From: Gemmatimonadota bacterium
Lineage (GTDB): Bacteria; Gemmatimonadota; Gemmatimonadetes; Longimicrobiales; Gaopeijiaceae
NCBI GenBank assembly: GCA_039589315.1
Contig: JBDHHQ010000111.1
Span: forward strand, 1 to 29,766
DNA length: 29,766 nucleotides
Direction: 5' to 3'
Both the position numbers and the translations under genes were made by a program. Of this stretch, positions 1-9,028 are shown piece after piece. The notes under the pieces were generated by a model. That model did no database searches. It was given only the letters and a program-made list of their open reading frames with translations, and was not told where the DNA came from. Positions within the stretch are counted from its first letter, which is position 1, and the number at the start of each line of letters is the position of its first letter.

Positions 1-219
1 ACCTGGCCCTACGAAGGCGACTTCGCCGGGACGCCGGTGTTCCTGGGCTGCAGCGACGTCGATGCTCATGTGCCCAAGGAGCGCGTGAACGAAAGCGCGG
101 ACGTCTTCTCGAGGATGGGGGCGACGGTCGAGAAGCGCCTGTACCCGGGAATGGGCCACCTGATCAACGAAGACGAGATCGCGGTCGCCCGTTCGATCGT
201 GGACGCCGTGGGGTCGTGA
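1..219 (+). CDS. C-terminal fragment of a phospholipase/carboxylesterase-family alpha/beta hydrolase (5' end outside window)
   Basis: Frame is open from base 1. TPVFLGCSDVDAHVP carries the catalytic Asp region and YPGMGHLINEDE the catalytic His, both typical of this family. Confidence 0.8.
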   Translation, partial: TWPYEGDFAGTPVFLGCSDVDAHVPKERVNESADVFSRMGATVEKRLYPGMGHLINEDEIAVARSIVDAVGS

Positions 220-283
220 GCCCGAACACGGGCCGTGGGGCCGCGAGCCGGAAGTGCGGCCGTGGGACTACGGGCCAGAGCTC

Positions 284-1138
284 ATGACCCGCGTCCTGCC
301 CCTTTCGGAAGCGGTCGCCGAGCTGGTGGACGACGGTGCTCGCGTGGCCATGGAGGGCTTCACCCACCTGATCCCCCACGCAGCCGGACACGAGATCATC
401 CGCCAGGGCCGGAAGGAGCTGACGCTCTACCGGATGACGCCCGACCTCATCTACGATCAGCTGATCGGAGTGGGGGCAGTCGCCAGGCTCGTGTTCTCCT
501 GGGGCGGGAACCCCGGCGTGGGCTCTCTCCACCGGCTCCGGGACGCCGTGGAGCACGGATGGCCCAGGCCGCTGGAGATCGTGGAGCACACCCACGCCGC
601 CATGGCCGCCGGCTACGTGGCGGCCGCGTCCCGACTGCCGTTCACGGTGATCCGGGGCGCTCCGGGGGCCGACCTTCCGGCCGATCCGACCCACGTCTGG
701 TGGCTGAACAGCCCCTTCGACGACGACCGGGTTCTGGCCGTGCGGGCTCACGAGATCGACGTCACCATCGTTCACGCGCAGCGGAGTGACCGAGCCGGCA
801 ACGTCCAGCTCTGGGGCATCACGGGCATCCAGACGGAGGCGGTGCTGGCGGCTTCTCGCGTGCTCGTCACCGTCGAGGAAGTGGTCGACGAGCTGGCACC
901 GGTGCCCGGAGCCGTGGTGCTTCCGCACCAGGTGATCACCGCGGTCTCGGAGGTGCCGGGCGGGGCACACCCCTCCTACGCCCAGGGCTACAGCCGTCGC
1001 GACAACGCCTTCTACCGGGCGTGGGACGGGATCTCGCGGGACCGGGACCGGTTCTCGGGCTGGATCGACCGCCACGTGCGGGGAACGGCGGACCACGCGT
1101 CGCACTTGGAAAGCCTTCGCCAGGAGGCGTCGGCGTGA
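284..1138 (+). CDS. Family I CoA-transferase subunit A (glutaconate / 3-oxoadipate CoA-transferase, GctA/CatI-like)
   Basis: Motifs EGFTHLIP.AAGHEIIRQG, RMTPDLIYDQLIG, FSWGGNPGVGSLHR and GGAHPSYAQGY. ATG at 284 chosen within ORF 254..1138. Confidence 0.9.
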   Translation: MTRVLPLSEAVAELVDDGARVAMEGFTHLIPHAAGHEIIRQGRKELTLYRMTPDLIYDQLIGVGAVARLVFSWGGNPGVGSLHRLRDAVEHGWPRPLEIVEHTHAAMAAGYVAAASRLPFTVIRGAPGADLPADPTHVWWLNSPFDDDRVLAVRAHEIDVTIVHAQRSDRAGNVQLWGITGIQTEAVLAASRVLVTVEEVVDELAPVPGAVVLPHQVITAVSEVPGGAHPSYAQGYSRRDNAFYRAWDGISRDRDRFSGWIDRHVRGTADHASHLESLRQEASA

Positions 1139-1917
1139 GCCACTCTTACGAGCCCTACGAGATCATGACCATCGTGGCGGCCCGGTCGCTGCCGGACGAG
1201 GCCGTGTGCTTCGTCGGGATCGGGCTGCCCAGCGCCGCGGCCAACCTCGCACGCCGCCTCCACGCCCCCGATCTGCTGTTGATCTACGAGTCGGGAACCA
1301 TCGGGGCCAAGCCGGACGTCCTGCCCCTCTCGATAGGAGACGGTGAGCTCGCGGAGACGGCGGACACGGTGGTCGGCGTTCCCGAGGTCTTCGCCTACTG
1401 GCTCGGTGGCGGACGTGTGGACGTGGGGTTCCTGGGCGCGGCGCAGATCGACCGCCACGGCAACCTGAACACGACGGTCATCGGGTCGTACGACGAGCCG
1501 TCCATCCGCCTTCCCGGCGCCGGCGGCGCGCCCGAGATCGCCGCGTCGTCGGGCGAGGTGTTCGCGATGGCTCGGCACACTCGCCGGACCTTCGTAAAAG
1601 AGCTCGACTTCGTGACCACGGCAGGACGAGTGCCTGCGGAGTGGCCGGATGGGCCCGGCCGATCGCACGTGCGAGGGGTGACCCGCGTGATCACCGACCT
1701 GGGCGTCCTCGAGCCGAACGACGACCACGAGCTGACCCTCACGCAGGTCCACCCCGGCGTGTCCGTGGACCAGGTCCGGGAGGCCACCGGGTGGCCGCTC
1801 CGGGTGGCCGACGAGGTCACGGAGACGGCGCCACCGACCCCAGAGGAGCTGGCCGTGCTCCGGGAGCTGAAGACGCGAACGGAGAGGGCACACGCGGAGA
1901 GCCGCATCGGCGGGTGA
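1135..1917 (+). CDS. Family I CoA-transferase subunit B (GctB/CatJ-like)
   Basis: Motifs CFVGIGLPS, LIYESG (catalytic Glu), FLGAAQIDRHGNLNTT and RLPGAGGAPEIA. GTG start overlaps the subunit A stop (GTGA) with an AGGAGG RBS upstream. Confidence 0.9.
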   Translation: MSHSYEPYEIMTIVAARSLPDEAVCFVGIGLPSAAANLARRLHAPDLLLIYESGTIGAKPDVLPLSIGDGELAETADTVVGVPEVFAYWLGGGRVDVGFLGAAQIDRHGNLNTTVIGSYDEPSIRLPGAGGAPEIAASSGEVFAMARHTRRTFVKELDFVTTAGRVPAEWPDGPGRSHVRGVTRVITDLGVLEPNDDHELTLTQVHPGVSVDQVREATGWPLRVADEVTETAPPTPEELAVLRELKTRTERAHAESRIGG

Positions 1918-2009
1918 ACCTCGCCGCATGCAGCATCGTCGTGCGTGGCTCCGCCGCGTACTTTGCATGGACGGGCAGTCCACCGACCCGAGCAGCGCAG
2001 GAGCTCACG

Positions 2010-3422
2010 ATGAGCGAGTCGTCGCGTCCGTTGTCGCGAAGGGATTTCGTAAAGGCGGGAGGGGGCACGCTGGCCGCCGGCGTGGTCCTGGGCCCTTCAG
2101 CGTTGGAGGGTAGCGTCCCGACCGACCTCCCGAGACCGCTGCAGCGACGTCCCGTCCCGCCCCGCCAGACGCCCATGCGCGTGGCTCTGGTGGGCACGGG
2201 CATCCGGGGCACCAGCATGTGGGGCCGGGACGTGGTCCAGGACTACCCCGACGCGGTCGAGTTCGTCGGGTTGTGCGACATCAACCCGGGGCGCCTCGAG
2301 TACGGACGTCAGTACATCGGGGTCGACTGCCCGACGTTCACCGACTTCGAGGTCATGATCCGGGAGACCCGGCCCGAGGCGGTGATCGTCACCACCGTGG
2401 ACAGCACCCATCACGAGCAGATCGTCCGGGGCATGGAGCTCGGCTGCGACATCATCACCGAGAAGCCGCTCACCACGGACGAGGTCACCTGCCAGGCCAT
2501 CCTCGACGCCCAGGTCCGGACCGGGAAGAACGTCACGGTCACCTTCAACTACCGATACTCACCCCATCGGCAGCGGATGAAGGAGCTGCTGATGGAGGAC
2601 CGCATTGGCCGCGTCACGTCGGTGGACTTCCACTGGTACCTGGACATCTACCACGGCGCCGCCTACTTCCGGCGCTGGCACGGCAAGGAGCGCTTCAGCG
2701 GCACGCTCTTCGTCCACAAGGCCACGCACCACTTCGATCTGCTCAACTGGTGGCTGGATTCGGAGCCCGACGAGGTCTTCGCCTACGGGGCGCTGGAGTT
2801 CTACGGGCACAACAACCCGTTCCGCCACACCAACTGCCGAGGCTGCCCCTACCAGGACCGGTGCGAGTTCTACTGGGACATCACCCAGGACGAGCGGCTG
2901 ATGCGGCTCTACGTCGACCACGAGCACCACGACGGCTACCTGCGTGACGGCTGCGTGTGGTCCGAGGACATCGACATCTACGACAAGATGGCCGCCCAGA
3001 TCCGGTACGCGAACGGCGTCCAGGTGAGCTACTCGTGCACCACCTACTCGCCGTACGAGGGCTACCGGATCGCCTTCAACGGCACCGAGGGTCGCGTGGA
3101 GGCGTGGATCAAGGAGCGCCAGCCCTGGGAGGCCGAGGCCTATGACGAGATCCGGGTGACCGACAACTTCGGCGAGACGGAGCTGATCCGGATCCCCCAC
3201 GGTGGCGGGGGTCACGGAGGTGGCGACACCCGTCTCCGGGACCGGATCTTCGTGGATCCCGACGCGCCCGATCCCTGGCAGCAGGCGGCGGGCGTGCGGG
3301 ACGGGGCCATGTCGATCCTGCTGGGTGTGGCGGCCCGGGAGAGCGTGAAGCGGAGCGAGCCGGTGAAGATCGGATCGCTGACGTCGCTGGAGCCTCAGGC
3401 GGTGCGGCCGAAGGGGGGATGA
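2010..3422 (+). CDS. Tat-exported Gfo/Idh/MocA family oxidoreductase
   Basis: AGGAG RBS before ATG 2010. Twin-arginine SRRDFVK followed by a hydrophobic stretch, Rossmann VGTGIRG, EKP motif, HKATHHFDL and GHGGGD. Confidence 0.88.
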   Translation: MSESSRPLSRRDFVKAGGGTLAAGVVLGPSALEGSVPTDLPRPLQRRPVPPRQTPMRVALVGTGIRGTSMWGRDVVQDYPDAVEFVGLCDINPGRLEYGRQYIGVDCPTFTDFEVMIRETRPEAVIVTTVDSTHHEQIVRGMELGCDIITEKPLTTDEVTCQAILDAQVRTGKNVTVTFNYRYSPHRQRMKELLMEDRIGRVTSVDFHWYLDIYHGAAYFRRWHGKERFSGTLFVHKATHHFDLLNWWLDSEPDEVFAYGALEFYGHNNPFRHTNCRGCPYQDRCEFYWDITQDERLMRLYVDHEHHDGYLRDGCVWSEDIDIYDKMAAQIRYANGVQVSYSCTTYSPYEGYRIAFNGTEGRVEAWIKERQPWEAEAYDEIRVTDNFGETELIRIPHGGGGHGGGDTRLRDRIFVDPDAPDPWQQAAGVRDGAMSILLGVAARESVKRSEPVKIGSLTSLEPQAVRPKGG

Positions 3423-3631
3423 TCGATGGGCGGGGTCTGGGATCGAGCGGACCCACGGACGGTGTTGGGCGCCCATGCGGAGGGGGTAGTCCTTCGAGGC
3501 GGTAGCATCGGAATCGCGTCCTTCCAGGCCTATGGTTCCGGCAGGAGGGCTATCCCGGGTGACGTATCAACGTTCGAGCCTTGCACACTGAGGGTTCCGC
3601 GCGGGGCCGGCAACGGGAGAGCATGGCGGCC

Positions 3632-4309
3632 TCACCCCTTCCGGTACAGCCCGTTCACCGTCACCCGGAACCCCCGCTCCCGCTCGGCGTGCACCGCCAC
3701 CGTGGGCACCTCCGGCGCGAAGCCGTGGCGCGCCAGCTCGGCGTCCAGGTCGGCCGGCTCCAGCAGGGTGGCCTGCCGGCCGTCGCTCCACACGTACCCG
3801 AAGCGCTCCCTGGGCACCGCGTCGAGCGGCTTGCCCCGAGGCTGAGACCTGGGGCTGAAGTTGGCCACGAGCAGGCGGCCCCCGGGACCAGTGACGCGAC
3901 CGACCTCGGAGAGCGCCCGGCTCCACTCGGCGTAGGATTCGGCGTCCTGGAAGATCCCCAGCGCCAACACAAGCGCGAACGTCTCGTCTCCGAACGCCGA
4001 CAGGTCGTCCATCCGGCCCTGCACGAGCCGTCGTTCCGCCTCCGCCTCGCCCAACACCGACGCTACCCTGGCCCGCGTCCGCTCGACCATGGGGGCGGAG
4101 GCGTCCACGGCGAACACGTCGAAGCCCCAGCGGGCCAGCGGCTCGGTGTTGCGACCGGCGGCGCACCCCAGGTCGAGGACGCGGGTGGCGGCGGGGTCCG
4201 GGTAACCGGGTGCGAGCTCCTTCAGCCGGTGGTCAGGATCCCGCCGGGCGAATCGCTCGACGGTTTCGGGATGCTCCCAGGGGTTGGGGGCGGGTTCGCC
4301 CGTCTCCAT
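3632..4309 (-). CDS. Class I SAM-dependent methyltransferase
   Basis: Motif I VLDLGCAAGRN, post-I AVDAS and a late RVTGPGGRLLV motif. ATG 4309 overlaps the namZ stop (TGATG). Confidence 0.85.
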   Translation of the reverse strand: METGEPAPNPWEHPETVERFARRDPDHRLKELAPGYPDPAATRVLDLGCAAGRNTEPLARWGFDVFAVDASAPMVERTRARVASVLGEAEAERRLVQGRMDDLSAFGDETFALVLALGIFQDAESYAEWSRALSEVGRVTGPGGRLLVANFSPRSQPRGKPLDAVPRERFGYVWSDGRQATLLEPADLDAELARHGFAPEVPTVAVHAERERGFRVTVNGLYRKG

Positions 4310-5475
4310 CAGTCGTACAGCCGGTATTGCGCCGTATCGTCCAGCCAAGCCCCCAGCTCGCCCCGCACGCCCCGTAGGATCTGCCTCACGTCCGCGCCGC
4401 CGTCGATGCCGCGGCGGAGGTCGTCACTGCCCCACAGGATGTCGATGGGCATCTTCTCCCGCTCGTACTCGTACGGAGGCTCCAGCCACTTGAATCGGTC
4501 TCCCGCCTGATCGCGCACCGTGCGCAGGATGGTGACCGCGGCCTCCACCGGCCGAAAGCGCTCCCGGTCGGTGACGTGGATCTGGGCGCCTCCGCACGCG
4601 GTGCCGGCGTGCTTGTGGAACGTGGGCTCGAACCAGCACGGGCGGAACCGCACGCCGGGCATCTCGCGAGACTCCAGGGCGTCGACCAGCGTGTGGGGCT
4701 CCAGGTACGGGGCGCCGAACAGCTCGAAGGGGCGCGTCGTGCCCCGTCCCTCCGACAGGTTGGTCCCCTCGGTCAGGACCATGCCGGGGTAGACAGTGCA
4801 CGAATCCAGCGTGGGGAGGTTTGGGCTGGGGAGGACGAACGGCAGCCCCGTCTCGTCGAACCACTGATCCCGGCGCCAGTCCTCGCAGGGGATCACGTCG
4901 AGATCGCAGCCGATCTCCTCTTCGGTGTTCATCCACCGGGCCAGCTCCCCGGCGGTGAGCCCGTGGCGAAGCGGGACGGGGTGGAGCCCCACGAAGGACT
5001 CGTAGCCCGGGAGTAGCACGGTCCCTTCCACGATCGTGCCGCCGATGGGGTTCGGTCGGTCGAGCACGACGAAGCGGATCCCAGCCTCGGCACACGCCTC
5101 CATGGCCAGGGCCATCGTCCACACGAACGTGTAGACCCGGACCCCCACGTCCTGGAGGTCGAAGACCAGCGCGTCCAGGCCCTCCAGCATCTCGGCCGTC
5201 GGCTTGCGGACGTCACCGTAGAGCGAGTGGACCGGCAGGCCGGTGCGGAGGTCCACGAAGTGATCGCTCTCGATCATGTTGTCCTGCTTTTCGCCTCGGG
5301 CGCCGTGCTGGGGGCCGAACAGGGCGCGCAGGTGGAACCCGGCCGCCAGCAGGGCGTCGGCCGCTTGCGTCAGCTCGGCCGTAACGGAGGCCGGATGCGC
5401 GATGAGACCGAGCTGCGCTTCGTGGAGCAGCGGTCTCCAGTCCGCGAGCAGTCGTTCGAGGCCAGTGGAGGTCAT
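4309..5475 (-). CDS. namZ: Exo-beta-N-acetylmuramidase NamZ (DUF1343 / YbbC family)
   Basis: Motifs LFGPQHG, PVHSLYG, FDLQDVGVRVYTF, VLDRPNPIGG, RHGLTAGELA, PSPNLPT and EGTNLSEGRGTTRPFE. Confidence 0.9.
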   Translation of the reverse strand: MTSTGLERLLADWRPLLHEAQLGLIAHPASVTAELTQAADALLAAGFHLRALFGPQHGARGEKQDNMIESDHFVDLRTGLPVHSLYGDVRKPTAEMLEGLDALVFDLQDVGVRVYTFVWTMALAMEACAEAGIRFVVLDRPNPIGGTIVEGTVLLPGYESFVGLHPVPLRHGLTAGELARWMNTEEEIGCDLDVIPCEDWRRDQWFDETGLPFVLPSPNLPTLDSCTVYPGMVLTEGTNLSEGRGTTRPFELFGAPYLEPHTLVDALESREMPGVRFRPCWFEPTFHKHAGTACGGAQIHVTDRERFRPVEAAVTILRTVRDQAGDRFKWLEPPYEYEREKMPIDILWGSDDLRRGIDGGADVRQILRGVRGELGAWLDDTAQYRLYD

Positions 5476-5481
5476 GGGGGC

Positions 5482-5510
5482 AATCTGTGACGGCGAGCGA
5501 ACCTGGGCAA
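5482..5510 (-). promoter_or_regulatory. Putative sigma70-type promoter for a leaderless namZ transcript
   Basis: Minus strand reads TTGCCC-N17-CAGATT-N6-ATG(5475). No SD sequence before the ATG. Confidence 0.45.
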
Positions 5511-5543
5511 AGCTGCTCTGCCGAACGGGCCCCGCCGGCTGGT

Positions 5544-8343
5544 TCAGTCGGTCTTCAACGCCTTCATGGGTTCTACCGAGGCGGCGCGGCGAGCCGGCAG
5601 ATACACCGCCAGCGCCGCCACTGCCACCAACACGAGCGGCACGCCGGCAAAGGCCACCGGGTCCAGCACGTTCACGTTGTAGAGCAGCCCCTTGACCAGC
5701 TGAGCCGCACCCGCCGCGCCGATCAAGCCGAGCACCGTCCCGATGACGGTCAACTTCATGCCCTCGCCCAGGACCTGTTTGAGCACGGCGGCCTTGCTGG
5801 CTCCCAGCGCGACCCGGATTCCCAGCTCACGGGTGCGCTGCGCCACCGAGTACGCCATCACGCCGTAGATCCCCACGGCCGCCAGGATCAGCCCCAGCAC
5901 GCCGAACATGCCAAGGACGGAGCCACCGAGCCGGGCCGGGAGCAGCGCGATACCCATGTGGTCCTCCATCGACCGCACGTCGTAGAGCGGTAGGTTGGGA
6001 TCTGCTGTCTGTACCGTCTCGCGAACCCGTCGCAGCACGCCCTGCGGGCTGGATGGGGTGCGCACGACCAGCGTCATGGCGAACGCGAAGCGCTCCCGAT
6101 GCGGCAGGTACATGTACTCGGTGGGCTCCTCGCCGAGGCTGTTGTATTTCCCGGTCTCGACCACGCCGACGACCTCACGGTCGGCGCCGGCCGTCTGGAC
6201 GATCTTCCCCAGAGCGGATTCACCGGGCCAGAATCGGTCCGCGAACCGCTCGTTGATGATGATCACGGGCGCCCCCGCCTCGTCGTCCTGTCGCGTGAAC
6301 CCACGGCCCTCGATGAGGTCGATGCCCATGGCCTCCAGGTAGCCCTCGGTCACGTAGGCGTAGTGGAGGCTGTTGCGCTCGCCCTCAGCGAACTCGTAGC
6401 CCGGGATGCCGACGCCACGATCCGAGGAGCCGAGGCCCAGCGGCAGCGTGGTCGTGAGTCCCACGCCGGTCACCTCGGGGAGGGCGCCGATCTGCTCCGC
6501 GAGTCGATCGAATAGCTCACGGGCCTGGGCCTGGTCGTAGCCCTGGAGACCGGGGTCGAGCGAGGCCACGACCAGGTTGCCAGGCTCGTCGAAGCCGGGA
6601 TCGATCTCCGTCGCCCCCTGCAGGCTTCGCAGGAAGAGGCCGGAGCTGATCAGCAGCAGGAGCGACAGCGCCATCTGGAGCACCACGAGTCCGCTGCTGA
6701 CCCTGGAGCGGCCGGCTTTGGGGCTGGACTCGCCCTTCACCGCCGAGACCGTATCGGGATGGGCGGCCTGGAGGGCCGGTGCGAGGCCGAAGATCAGCCC
6801 CGCCAGGACCGAGACGACCAGCGTGAAGAGCAGCACCCGGCCGTCCATGGGGATGTTGAAGTCGAAGGGCCCGTCGATGGGCGGGCGAAACTGGCCCAGC
6901 ATGCCCATGGCCACGCGGGCGATACCCAGCCCTACCAGACCGCTCAACAGGCTGAACAGGACGCTCTCGGTCAGGAGCTGTTGGATCAGTCGGCGACCCC
7001 CGGCGCCCAGGCTCAGGCGGATGCCCATCTCCCTCCGTCGTTCCCGGGCGCGTGCCAGGAAGAGGTTGGCCACGTTCACGCACGCGATGAGCAGCAATAG
7101 GCCCACGACCACCATCATCACCGTGCTCATGCCCAGCTGCGCGCTCTTGAAGCTGGGGTGGATCCCGGCCTCCATCTGCGGCACGAGCGTCGTGCCCAGC
7201 TGGCTCTCGTAACCTTGAGCTGCAGGAGGACGGCGTCGAGCACCTGCGCCGCCCGCTCCACGGTTGCCCCGTCCCGCAAGCGCGCAACCATCGTCATCAT
7301 GTTGTTGCCCCGGGACTCGATCAGGTCGCGACCGGGCATCGCTTCCCGCTGCATCATGATCGGCACGTAGATCGGGACGACGGCGAAGTTCACGGGGCCA
7401 CGGAAGTCCTCGGGGACCACGCCCACGATCTCGAACGGATGACCGTTGAGGATCAGACCACGCCCACGATCTCGAACGGATGACCGTTGAGGATCATCGT
7501 CTGTCCGACGACCGAGGGGTCCCCCCCGAAGCGGGATTGCCAGAACGCGTGGCCCAGGATCGCCACCGGGTGCGCGCCGGGATCCACGTCCTCCACGCCG
7601 GGGATGAAGGCTCGGCCCAGATAAGGCTGCACCCCGTAGGTCTGGAAGAAGTTGGCGCTGACCATCATGCCGATGGTGCGCTCACTCCGCTCATCGGAGG
7701 AGACGGACAGCGGCACCAGGTTCCAGGCCGAGACGCTCTCGAATGCCTCTCCCGTACGGTCCCGGATGGATTGGTAGTGGGGTATGGAGGTGGAGCCGAA
7801 CTCGATGCCGGCCCACTGGCGGTACACCTGCACGAGCTCGTCCACGTCGCGGGCACCGTCCAGCGGACGGAGCATGATCCCGTTCACGGTGGAGAACGTC
7901 GCCGCATTCAGGCCGATGCCCAGTGCCAGCGTCATGACGGCCGCGATCGTGAAGAGAGGGCTCTTCACGAGCATGCGAACGCTGTACCTCAGGTCCCGCA
8001 GTAGGTCACCCATCACCAACTCCCCCCGCTCTCCAGTGCTCAGTCTCTCGTGGTAGGGGCCGGAGCCGCGCGCCCCGCCATTCCCGACCGATGTGGTGCC
8101 GCTCGCCCTGATCCGCGCAGCCGCCTTCGCGTCCTCGGTCCGCATGCGCAGCACCGACGGAATGACGTCCAGCGTCGCCCTGGCCCAGAAGACGGGAGCC
8201 GCCATGACTCCGCCCGTCGACGAGGCGAGCCGGCCCCGCTCCACGAAGTCGTGGATCATCTCCGGGCCGTAGCGCCGGCGGAACTCCGCCGGATAGAGGC
8301 GAATCGTCAGCCGGTAGAACGTCAGCGCGAGGCGGGAGGTCAT
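5544..8343 (-). pseudogene. ADOP / MacB-FtsX-like duplicated ABC permease, split into three frames (8343-7453, about 7455-7212, about 7211-5544)
   Basis: N-terminal LYPAEFRRRYGPEM and DLRYSVRMLVKSPLFT..A..TLALGIG. The FtsX-type motif occurs twice (LLLIACVNVANL..AR..RE.GIRLSLGA; GIYGVMAYSVAQRTRELGIRVALGA) and the protein ends EPMKALK. A 41-bp tandem duplication creates a stop, and a second frameshift lies near 7212. It could be an intact gene with sequence errors. Confidence 0.88.
7415..7496. repeat. Perfect 41-bp tandem duplication (7415-7455 = 7456-7496)
   Basis: gaccacgcccacgatctcgaacggatgaccgttgaggatca appears twice back to back. Confidence 0.97.
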
Positions 8344-8687
8344 GTGCCCAGCACAGGCAGCGAACGGGCCAGGTTCACGTCGCGCTGAAGGCGTGCGACC
8401 TCGGCCTTCAAAACCGCGAGTCCCGTATCGGTGAGCGCGTAGAATCGTTGTCCCCGACCGTCGGTGCGCTCCGTGGCCTCCCTCTCCTCCTCGATGAGCC
8501 CCCGCTCCGCCAGCCTGTGCAGGTTCTCGTATAGCGTCCCGGGGCTCATGCGGATGGCCCCTTCGGACGACTCCTCCACACGGATTCCCAGGCGGTAGCC
8601 GTTCATGGGCTCGGCGGCCAGGGCCATCAGGATGTGGAAGACCTTCGGCGTGAGAGGCTTGTCTGTCATGGTGTCGCTGGGCGTCAT
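8340..8687 (-). CDS. PadR family transcriptional regulator
   Basis: FHILMALAAEPMNGY, SPGTLYENLHRLAERGLI and RFYALTDTG. Its stop overlaps the permease ATG (ATGA). Alternative start at 8669. Confidence 0.9.
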   Translation of the reverse strand: MTPSDTMTDKPLTPKVFHILMALAAEPMNGYRLGIRVEESSEGAIRMSPGTLYENLHRLAERGLIEEEREATERTDGRGQRFYALTDTGLAVLKAEVARLQRDVNLARSLPVLGT

Positions 8688-8749
8688 CGGGCGTCCGCCT
8701 CGGTTCGAAGTCGTGGGCGACAGCAGGTCGCCCGACCTATCCGATTCCG

Positions 8750-8808
8750 ACCAGACGGAAACCGTCTGGTGGGGCCCTGACGTTACGTACGGGAGAAGAT
8801 GGCCGCAA
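8750..8808 (-). promoter_or_regulatory. Putative padR promoter with a downstream palindromic operator candidate
   Basis: Minus strand TTGCGG(8808-8803)-N17-TAACGT(8785-8780). Perfect 9-bp inverted repeat accagacgg-aaa-ccgtctggt at 8750-8770, just downstream of the predicted start site. Confidence 0.5.
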
Positions 8809-9028
8809 GATTCAGAGTCGGAGCCCCTCGTGGGACGAGCGGCGCAGGGGGCGGACCAGCTGGCCCGCCAGTCTTCCGGCGAAGGCCCGCCACGCGCAGC
8901 CCCCGCTCTTGTTGCGGACTTCGGTCCCGCCCCATGTTCGGGCCACGCCTGGAGCACGCGCCGCCCGGACCCGGTCCGACAGGAGCGCTTCGGACCTCGA
9001 CTCGGACCCTCTCCCCGCGAGCGATCCA

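Noticed and set aside
1641..2009. Long N-terminal extensions in the ORF track (also 12423-13019, 13283-14170, 21619-21936, 8688-9038) that look like fusions
   Set aside because: They overlap neighbouring real genes or promoter DNA. Downstream starts with an RBS or stop/start overlap match the family N-termini.
3498..3506. ggcggtagc resembling an ops/JUMPstart element
   Set aside because: It is a short match in a convergent intergenic region, far from the glycan cluster and on the opposite strand.
7415..7496. 41-bp direct repeat as a CRISPR repeat or IS target-site duplication
   Set aside because: Only two copies, no spacer or inserted element between them, the content is permease coding sequence, and there are no cas or transposase genes.
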